NCBI GenBank assembly: GCA_020860565.1
Contig: JAJBUA010000028.1
Span: 21,566 to 85,565 of the forward strand
Direction of reading: 5' to 3'
Length of the DNA stretch: 64,000 nt
From: Clostridiales bacterium
Lineage (GTDB): Bacteria > Bacillota > Clostridia > Lachnospirales > Lachnospiraceae
Positions 56,700-64,000 of the stretch are shown piece by piece; the stretch's first letter is position 1, and each line of letters opens with the position of its first letter. Under the pieces are notes generated by a model. That model was given only the letters and a program-made list of their open reading frames with translations, had not been told where the DNA came from and did no database searches. Position numbers and translations under genes: made by a program.

Positions 56700-58175
56700 T
56701 CACCGCTCCGTCTTCTCCTGCGACAAAGAATACATCCGGATATCCGCCCCTTCTGCCTCTATATCAATTTTATAATGCTCCGGATAATATCTTGTGCTGA
56801 ACACCACTTCTCCATCATTTACAAATACTTCGACCGACGACACATCCGCCAAAATCTTAATATTGCTCACGCTTTCAATCTCCGCGCACCTTCTCCTGCG
56901 TCCCCCGGAGATATGCTCCGTCTCCCTGTCAGGAAATCTCATTACAAAACGATGATCCGTATACTCCAGTATCAGGCCTTCCGAAAAGGTCACCCGGAAG
57001 CGATTGTCCTGAATATCTTTAATATCTACTTCATAGATCCGGCCATTTTCTGTCAAAAGATGATTCCGCGCCTCTCTGACCAGACATCGTCTTTTTTCCA
57101 GTTCTCTTACCGGTCTCTGTCGGATTTTCCCCTCTGCCACAAATATTTCTCTGGGGAATGTAAAACAATGTTGCCATCCTTCCTCAATCGTCCGGTTTGT
57201 ATACTCCTCGCAATCCGGCATCCCCATCCATGCGATCAGGATTCTTCTGCCATCTTCTGTTTCAAAGCTTTGGGGAGCATAATAATCAAACCCGTAATCC
57301 CACAGCCGATACCCGGACAAACAGTAATCATCGTAAATGCTCCCGTCAACCATAAAATATCCTGACTGATAAATATTTCCCTCGTCCCACGGTTTCCCGG
57401 TAAGGCCCTGTACCGATACGGACAAAACCTTCTTTCCACCAACGGTAAAATAATCCGGACATTCCCACATATAACCAAATTTGTCGTCTGTCTGAATCTC
57501 CTGATCAAATTTCCATTTTACCTTATCCTCTGAATGGAACAGAAGCGCCTCTCCTCTGTCCTCTTTCGTCCGCGCTCCCTGAAGCATATAATAGGTTCCA
57601 TTGTCCTTCCATACCTTAGGATCACGCACATGCAACGTGAGGTTCGCGGGATAATCGCTGTTTCTCATCAACAGTTTTTTCCTGCCAAAATGTACCCCGT
57701 CCGGGCTTTTGACCAGAACCGTATTCGCCTCTCTTCCTGAAAGGACATAATCATAGTTTTCCCCGTCTTCCAGCCAGACATTTCCCGTATAATAGAAATA
57801 CATTTCGTCATTCTCAACCAAAGCACAGCCGGAATAGATTCCATGGCAGTCAAAGAGCTGATCCGGATAAATGGCCACGCCCTCATACTGCCACTCGATC
57901 ATGTCTCTGCTCGTGTAATGCCCCCACATTTTAAGCCCGCTGTTGACATCAAACGGAGAATACTGAAAAAACGCATGGTAAATACCCCTCAGTTGACAAA
58001 GTCCATTCGGATCATTGAGCCAGCCTATCGGCGGCATCAAATGAAATTCCTGCCGGAATCTCCCGTCTTTTTTTGCATTGCTTTCCACCTGACCAACCAG
58101 TTTCATGAGATCTTTTTTCAGCGCATTCATGTCCCAAAACTCCTCAATCCGGGTTTGCCGCCTGTCATTGCTCAC
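56700..58175 (-). CDS. scrB: GH32 sucrose-6-phosphate hydrolase / beta-fructofuranosidase
   Basis: WLNDPNG nucleophile motif, the RDP motif (HVRDPKVW) and the EC motif (MWECPDYF). Sits directly downstream of a sucrose-type PTS gene. Confidence 0.85.
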   Translation of the reverse strand: MSNDRRQTRIEEFWDMNALKKDLMKLVGQVESNAKKDGRFRQEFHLMPPIGWLNDPNGLCQLRGIYHAFFQYSPFDVNSGLKMWGHYTSRDMIEWQYEGVAIYPDQLFDCHGIYSGCALVENDEMYFYYTGNVWLEDGENYDYVLSGREANTVLVKSPDGVHFGRKKLLMRNSDYPANLTLHVRDPKVWKDNGTYYMLQGARTKEDRGEALLFHSEDKVKWKFDQEIQTDDKFGYMWECPDYFTVGGKKVLSVSVQGLTGKPWDEGNIYQSGYFMVDGSIYDDYCLSGYRLWDYGFDYYAPQSFETEDGRRILIAWMGMPDCEEYTNRTIEEGWQHCFTFPREIFVAEGKIRQRPVRELEKRRCLVREARNHLLTENGRIYEVDIKDIQDNRFRVTFSEGLILEYTDHRFVMRFPDRETEHISGGRRRRCAEIESVSNIKILADVSSVEVFVNDGEVVFSTRYYPEHYKIDIEAEGADIRMYSLSQEKTER

Positions 58176-58214
58176 GACCGCACGTAAGCAATAACCAGGC
58201 TTCTCCCTTTCTCC

Positions 58215-60185
58215 TTACGTTTCCATTTCCGTCCGATTACCCTTCATAATACAAACGGTCTCTGTCGCCGCAGACACAACCGTCTCTGTCTTTATATTAT
58301 CTGCAGATTCTCCCGATGTAAATACTACAATAACCGTATTATCCTTGCCCGCGTTTCTCACGGTCTCAAGATTTACTTTAGCGATGGATTCCCCTCGCCG
58401 GATTGTCTGCCCCTGCTTTACCAGCAGTTCAAACCCCTGTCCCTGCATCTCCACCGTATCAATTCCAATATGAATCAGGATTTCATTTCCCTCTCCGGTT
58501 ACGATACCTATGGCATGTCCCGTCTCATAAGCGGCTTCAATCCTGCCATCCACAGGAGCTTTTATCCTGCCATCGGATGGAATGACAGCGAAGCCATCTC
58601 CGAGGACTTTCTTTGAAAATGTTGGATCATTAACCTTTTCCAACGGAATAATTTTCCCGTTTACCGGAGATGTGATCTCCAGTTCTTTGCTATCAGTCCT
58701 CCTGTTATCATTTTTCTGATTTTCTCCCATGAGGGAATCGATTTCATGAGAATCATTTTCCGGGGTTCCACCGTCCGGAACCAGCACTTCCTTCGGTATA
58801 CCAAACAGGCAGGTTAAAACAAAGCATAAACCCACAGAAAACACGGATACCATAAAGTACACGATCAGCTGCCTCCATTCGTATATGTACATCAGGTAAG
58901 AAGGCAATACCGCCAGTCCATAGGAGTTGGACTGAATCGACAGCAGAGATAAAATCGCCGCGCCCAGACCGGATGTAAACAGCATAATCATCAACGGTCT
59001 TAAATTATATCTGAGCTGGATTCCGAACAGTACCGGTTCGCTGATACCAAAAAGCTGAGAAAGCATGGCACCGATGCTGGTCTGCCTTACGCTTTCCTTT
59101 TTTGCTTTGACAAAGAACGCCAGACATGTCCCAACATTTGCAAAACCATACATCGCACAGAGAGTAATCACCGGATTGAATCCCGTATTCGCTAACAGTG
59201 ACGTTTCGATCATCGTATAGGTATGATGAAGACCCGTAATCACAAGCAGCGGATAAGTCGCTCCGATCAGAAATCCTCCGATTCCTAACGGCAGGTTTAC
59301 CAGAAATTCCACGATATCTACAATCCCCAGTTCAATTGTGTGCATGATTGGCCCGATTCCCAGAATGACAACGAGAAACGTTACCAGCATGACAACAAAC
59401 GGAGTCATAATCAGGTCAAGAGCATTTGGCATCACCGCTCTGAGCTTTCGCTCAAGATTAGCTCCGATCAATGCCGTCAATATGGCGGTTAATACACTTC
59501 CCTGACATCCCACAATCGGTATGACGCCAAATGCCATTACCGCATTTACTCCACTCGTTGGATCTGCCACTGAATAAGCATTGGGCAGGGACGGCGAAAC
59601 CAACATCAGCCCCAGCACAATACCAATTACCGGAGTCCCGCCAAAGACTTTAAACGCAGACCAGCAGATGATGGCCGGCAAAAACGCAAATGCTGTCTCC
59701 GTCAGTACGTTGACAAGCGTCACGACATAATCCGGTATCATCGTCGTCGACGCACCAAACAACCCTAAAACATTATCATTGAAAACGCAGCCTTTCAATC
59801 CGAGAAACAGTCCGGTTGCCGCTATCACCGGTATGATCGGGATGAAAATATCTCCCAACATACGCATCAGGCGTTTGACACCCTTCTGCTGATTCTTTAT
59901 AAGTTCATCCTGCTCCTGTTTAGAAACAGTCTTAAGTCCCATGGTTTCCATCTCGGCATAAACCTTATTGACAATCCCTGTGCCAAGAATAATCTGATAT
60001 TGGCCCGCGTTAAAGAATGTCCCTTTTACCAGCGGAATCGTTTCCAGTTTTTTCTCATCAATTGCATTTCGATCTTTTACAATCAAGCGAAGCCTGGTCG
60101 CGCAATGTGTTGCGGACAGGATGTTGTCTGCCCCTACCACTTCTATGATGGACGCTGCTGTCTGCCTGTAATTATGATCTGCCAT
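58215..60185 (-). CDS. scrA: PTS sucrose/beta-glucoside-family EIIBCA component
   Basis: EIIB Cys motif HCATRLRL, an EIIC membrane domain, and a C-terminal EIIA-Glc domain (GDGFAV...HIGIDTV...GQGF). Sugar specificity is inferred from the GH32 neighbour. Confidence 0.8.
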   Translation of the reverse strand: MADHNYRQTAASIIEVVGADNILSATHCATRLRLIVKDRNAIDEKKLETIPLVKGTFFNAGQYQIILGTGIVNKVYAEMETMGLKTVSKQEQDELIKNQQKGVKRLMRMLGDIFIPIIPVIAATGLFLGLKGCVFNDNVLGLFGASTTMIPDYVVTLVNVLTETAFAFLPAIICWSAFKVFGGTPVIGIVLGLMLVSPSLPNAYSVADPTSGVNAVMAFGVIPIVGCQGSVLTAILTALIGANLERKLRAVMPNALDLIMTPFVVMLVTFLVVILGIGPIMHTIELGIVDIVEFLVNLPLGIGGFLIGATYPLLVITGLHHTYTMIETSLLANTGFNPVITLCAMYGFANVGTCLAFFVKAKKESVRQTSIGAMLSQLFGISEPVLFGIQLRYNLRPLMIMLFTSGLGAAILSLLSIQSNSYGLAVLPSYLMYIYEWRQLIVYFMVSVFSVGLCFVLTCLFGIPKEVLVPDGGTPENDSHEIDSLMGENQKNDNRRTDSKELEITSPVNGKIIPLEKVNDPTFSKKVLGDGFAVIPSDGRIKAPVDGRIEAAYETGHAIGIVTGEGNEILIHIGIDTVEMQGQGFELLVKQGQTIRRGESIAKVNLETVRNAGKDNTVIVVFTSGESADNIKTETVVSAATETVCIMKGNRTEMET

Positions 60186-60205
60186 TTTACTAACCCTCCC
60201 CGTTT

Positions 60206-61900
60206 TTATTTTTCTGGTTTTTTATTTTCTGTTCTTTCATTTATCAACAGTGCCTGATAGGGCTGAAGCCTGATTTCATTTCCCTTGATCTCTGTTCCGC
60301 TCAAATTTCCCCATACCGGAATATGTTCTCCCTCTTCGAGACGGATCAACGCCTCATCATTGGCAAAATTAAACAGACAAAGGATGGCTTCCTTTTCCCG
60401 GTATCTGCGATATGCGATCACATGATCACAGATCTCTAATGGTTCGATATCCCCATAAACAAGTGTATCATGATAAGGTCCGTTCTGTCGGAAAGCAATC
60501 ATCTCCTTGTAAAACTCAAGGACACTTCCCTCTTTTTCTATCTGCGCAGCTGCGTTTATTGCCGGATATTCTTCTGTCATGCCAATCCACGGCTTTGTTT
60601 CTGAGAATCCACCGTACTTTTCATCATTCCACGGAAAAGGTGTGCGGGAATTATCCCGGCTTCGTAAATTTACAATGTTTAACGCCGCTTCTTCTGAAAA
60701 TCCCTCCTCCAGCGAACGTTGATACTGACCGATACTGGAAATATCGTCAAACTCCTCCATACTCTTTCTCTGAAAATTCACCATTCCCAATTCCTGTCCC
60801 TGATACACAAACGGCACTCCTCTCAGGAAGAAATACATGGCGCCGAGCATTTTCACCGCATTTGCATCATTCTGATCACTCCCAAGATATTTCGACGCGG
60901 CTCTGGGCTGATCATGATTCTCAATAAAATTGGCAGCCCAGCCATATTCCTGCATCACACTCTGGCTCTTCATCATTTTATCTTTCAAATCTTTTACCGT
61001 CCAGGAGATACGGTGAAACCATTCATTACCGGATGCGATATCCAGATCTGCGTACCGGAAATCAAAAATCATATCGAAAAATCCCTGATCCCCGATAAAT
61101 TCCCCCATCTTTTCATAAGGGACTCCCGCTGCTTCGGCAACCGTTACGCAGGGATGGCGGTCAAATGTTTTTTCTTTCAGCTCCTTTAAAAACACTTCGA
61201 TTCCGAGTTGGTTTCTTGACGCTTTACTGCATTTCGCCAGACCATCTGCTCCATCCGGTTCCCGGTCTTTCCACGTAAGATCCTTTTTAATATAGGAAAT
61301 CGCATCGATACGGAATCCGGCAATCCCCTTATCCAGCCACCAGTTTACCATATCATAAAGTTCTTCCCGAAGTTCCCTGTTTTCCCAGTTCAGATCCGGC
61401 TGTTTCTTGCCAAAAGTATGGTAATAATACTCATCCCTCCCGGGCACCTTCTCCCACACGCTTCCGCCAAAAACAGATCTCCAGTTATTCGGTTCTTTTT
61501 TCCCTTCTTTAAATATATAGTAATCATGATATTTACTGTCCGGCTCCGAAATTGCTTTCTGAAACCACTCGTGTTCATCCGAGCTATGATTAATCACAAG
61601 ATCCATGATGATCTTGATCCCTCTCCTTTTTGCCTCTCCGATCAACTCATCCAGATCTCTAAGGGAGCCAAATTCCGGTGCCAGCGCCCGATAATCCGAC
61701 ACATCATAACCATTATCATCCATGGGCGATTGATAAACCGGACAGATCCACAGCATGGTTACCCCCAGATTTTCCAGATAAGGGAGTTTCTCTGTGATTC
61801 CCCTGATATCCCCAATCCCATCATGATTGCTGTCATAAAAGCTTTTCGGATAAATCTGATAGATCACCTCTTTTTGCCACCAATGTCTTTCCATTTCCAT
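60206..61900 (-). CDS. GH13 alpha-glucosidase (oligo-1,6-glucosidase / TreC-like subfamily)
   Basis: WWQKEVIYQIYPKSF, DGIGDIRG, nucleophile GFRIDAISY, acid/base TVAEA, and NHDQPR. Confidence 0.85.
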   Translation of the reverse strand: MEMERHWWQKEVIYQIYPKSFYDSNHDGIGDIRGITEKLPYLENLGVTMLWICPVYQSPMDDNGYDVSDYRALAPEFGSLRDLDELIGEAKRRGIKIIMDLVINHSSDEHEWFQKAISEPDSKYHDYYIFKEGKKEPNNWRSVFGGSVWEKVPGRDEYYYHTFGKKQPDLNWENRELREELYDMVNWWLDKGIAGFRIDAISYIKKDLTWKDREPDGADGLAKCSKASRNQLGIEVFLKELKEKTFDRHPCVTVAEAAGVPYEKMGEFIGDQGFFDMIFDFRYADLDIASGNEWFHRISWTVKDLKDKMMKSQSVMQEYGWAANFIENHDQPRAASKYLGSDQNDANAVKMLGAMYFFLRGVPFVYQGQELGMVNFQRKSMEEFDDISSIGQYQRSLEEGFSEEAALNIVNLRSRDNSRTPFPWNDEKYGGFSETKPWIGMTEEYPAINAAAQIEKEGSVLEFYKEMIAFRQNGPYHDTLVYGDIEPLEICDHVIAYRRYREKEAILCLFNFANDEALIRLEEGEHIPVWGNLSGTEIKGNEIRLQPYQALLINERTENKKPEK

Positions 61901-62825
61901 ACCTCTTTTCTTTTTCTGATTTTTTGACAGTTCTTTCTATGTCCTCATCTATGATTTTTCTTTGAATCAGTTCCCGGTATATCCCATCCTCCGCAGGAGA
62001 ACCGCAGACCGAATCCGCATATCTCAGAAGTTTTTCACTGCATCCTTTCACAGCGATCCCAATCCCGGATTCCAGAAGCATCCCGACATCATTTTCACCA
62101 TCCCCGAAGCTCATGCTGTTCTCCTTTCGGATATTTAAATATTCATTCAGAAATTTCACCGCTCTTCCTTTTCCGCTTCCGGGAGGGAGCATTTCCAGAT
62201 ACATCCGATGGTTCCATTCTCTGATCTGGCTGATTTCAACCACCCCATTAAATTTATTTTTTATTGCTTCTATGAATGGCCCGTCGCCAATCAGACATAC
62301 TTTGTGAACCTTGCCAATCTCTTTCCACAACTGGGAAATATTATTTTCATAGAATATCCGATTCTCCTCTTTCCGTTTTTCCGCTCCCTGATCTCCGCAG
62401 ATTTTCTTTTCGAAATCTTCTTTATAAAACAGGGCTGCTTCTGCATTCATATAAATCGAATTGTCGGATTCGAAAGAAGCTCCGGAACCGCTCCCTTTTA
62501 CTTCTTCTAAAATTTCCTGCACAATCTCAATGGAAAACGCAATATGCTTCAGTACTTTTTGTTTCCATCGGACTCCGCACCCATCACCGGATATCACTCC
62601 GTCAGCATTCAGAGCTTTCACATCCTCCTGAATACTTTCCTCATTACGGCCAGTACAGATAACAATTAAGATTCCTTTTTCTCTGCATTTTGTAATCGCC
62701 CTGCAGACACTGTCGGGGAGTCCCTGCTTTTCATCCCTGAGTGTCCCGTCTATGTCAAAATAAATCACCTCGGTCATTCCTGTCTCCATTTCCGGCTCTT
62801 TATCAAGAGCTTCCCTGTTCTTCAA
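61833..62825 (-). CDS. Cof-type HAD-IIB phosphatase
   Basis: Motif I YFDIDGTL and motif IV GDGENDVGM. The likely start is METGM or MTEV, a few codons in. The 3' tail overlaps the GH13 start by 68 nt. Confidence 0.8.
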   Translation of the reverse strand: MKNREALDKEPEMETGMTEVIYFDIDGTLRDEKQGLPDSVCRAITKCREKGILIVICTGRNEESIQEDVKALNADGVISGDGCGVRWKQKVLKHIAFSIEIVQEILEEVKGSGSGASFESDNSIYMNAEAALFYKEDFEKKICGDQGAEKRKEENRIFYENNISQLWKEIGKVHKVCLIGDGPFIEAIKNKFNGVVEISQIREWNHRMYLEMLPPGSGKGRAVKFLNEYLNIRKENSMSFGDGENDVGMLLESGIGIAVKGCSEKLLRYADSVCGSPAEDGIYRELIQRKIIDEDIERTVKKSEKEKRYGNGKTLVAKRGDLSDLSEKLL

Positions 62826-62949
62826 CTGACATTATCCTAACAAAAAAAGAAAAGCCCTTCAATAGAATGACTCTTCTTATGTTTTTTGTACGCTTTTGGT
62901 GCAAATATTCAGTTTTTAAATTTTTGTGCACTTCTTGTTTAAAGAAACA

Positions 62950-63705
62950 TTATCGTTTCTCCGCCAGAAAATTGCAATAGGATAAATATAAAAATTCAAT
63001 TAATATAAAATATGGCGTCGATATCTCATATTCCATCTCATTTCCCACACTCATCTGCACGGAATGAATATAGAGATTTTCCGCAGCGATAGAAGCCAGC
63101 GTATTATTTTTCAGTCTTGTTATGGACACCATAGGCACATGATTCACTCGCAGCATTTTTGCAAGATCTACCACTACGTCTGATTCTCCCGAAAGAGAAA
63201 TGATAATAACCAGATCTTCCGGATGAGCGATCCGTTGAAGTGCCTGAACCATATCATGTCCGTGAACATACGTCATTCCTTTTACCGGAAGAAAAATACG
63301 TTTCATTTCACTGGCAACTCTCGCCTGGGAGGAACCGCTTCCATAGATAAATACCTGATTCGCATTCTTAATCAGCTCAAAAACATTCGCAAAGTCCTTC
63401 TTCATCATATCGTCTAACATCTTATGATAACTCTGCGTAACTCTTTCCATCAATCCCTGGCACGACACGTCTCCGCCTTCCAGCTCCATGCGGATCCTTG
63501 CCTTCAGCTCACCATATCCGGCCATCCCTGTTTTTTTCGCAAAACGAACCAGCATGGTCTGAGATACATTACACTTCTTTGAAAAAACAGCAATGCTGTC
63601 CTTCGCGCAGTCCTGATAGTGTCCGGTCAGATAATGGCAAATATATTTTTCATTCTCATTAAACGAATCATAATGGGCATTGAGGATTTCTTCCACTCTC
63701 GCCAT
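62950..63705 (-). CDS. MurR/RpiR-family transcriptional regulator
   Basis: N-terminal HTH_6 (SKKCNVSQTMLVRFAKKTG). SIS domain (VFIYGSGSSQARVASE...IIISLSGES). Confidence 0.85.
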   Translation of the reverse strand: MARVEEILNAHYDSFNENEKYICHYLTGHYQDCAKDSIAVFSKKCNVSQTMLVRFAKKTGMAGYGELKARIRMELEGGDVSCQGLMERVTQSYHKMLDDMMKKDFANVFELIKNANQVFIYGSGSSQARVASEMKRIFLPVKGMTYVHGHDMVQALQRIAHPEDLVIIISLSGESDVVVDLAKMLRVNHVPMVSITRLKNNTLASIAAENLYIHSVQMSVGNEMEYEISTPYFILIEFLYLSYCNFLAEKR

Positions 63706-64000
63706 TGTCTTCTCCTCTCAGCTTCTGCCTGTATTCCAGATATCTGACCGTCAGGATATCCAAAAGAATATAAAAAGAAGCTACCATTTCATAACTTTCT
63801 CCCTCTTTGGGATGAACCGTTTTTGTCCCCACATAAAGGTTTTCCTGACACATGACCGCTAACGAATTATTCGCCCACCGGGTAAGTGACGCCGTCTGTA
63901 TTTCCGCCGTCTGGACACATTGCATGACCTGCAGTGCGTCCCTGCTCTCACCGGACAAAGAGATCGCCAGAAAAAGATCGTCCTTTTTAAACCGGCTTCT
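63668..64000 (-). CDS. Second MurR/RpiR-family regulator, N-terminus outside window
   Basis: The frame is open to the window edge and reads ..DDLFLAISLSGESRDALQVMQ.., a SIS domain C-terminal half. Overlaps the next regulator start by 38 nt. Confidence 0.7.
   Translation of the reverse strand, partial: RSRFKKDDLFLAISLSGESRDALQVMQCVQTAEIQTASLTRWANNSLAVMCQENLYVGTKTVHPKEGESYEMVASFYILLDILTVRYLEYRQKLRGEDNGESGRNPQCPL

Overview
This is a 64-kb chromosomal segment that reads like a spore-forming Clostridia genome, probably Lachnospiraceae-like; that taxon call is inferred only from the style of the proteins. I call about 60 protein genes and one tRNA-Lys(CUU). I see no rRNA, CRISPR array, transposase, integrase or phage genes.

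Recognisable content, in order:
- Three OmpR-type two-component systems (one of them split), plus mtnN, murG, an ECF-like sigma factor and a HIT protein.
- An 11-gene Tad/Flp pilus cluster (8.3-18.4 kb).
- ArsR, YaaL, glgB, an NlpC/P60 hydrolase, trxA, trmB and mutS2.
- cotJABC, and clpB with a near-consensus CIRCE operator.
- A ThrE-type exporter pair and a GH25 muramidase.
- A PucR-linked permease / NMT1-like / cyclic amidohydrolase operon, then pgi.
- A LysR-linked PHP/DUF3604-like protein plus permease.
- A sucrose-type PTS / GH32 / GH13 / HAD cluster with tandem RpiR regulators.

The most unusual signal is not a gene. It is a family of ~140-nt extended hairpins: two full copies at 33832-33969 and 38107-38250, and a half copy at 36511-36541. 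Their stems differ between copies only by fully compensated base-pair changes, and I cannot assign the family to any named RNA or mobile element.

Secondary leads:
- A promoter / short transcript / strong terminator unit in the leader of the PucR-linked operon.
- The PHP-like / permease pair of unknown substrate.
- Uncharacterised accessory proteins of the Tad cluster.

I do not see a convincing new multi-gene defence or secretion system. All family calls come from motif recognition by eye, not from searches.
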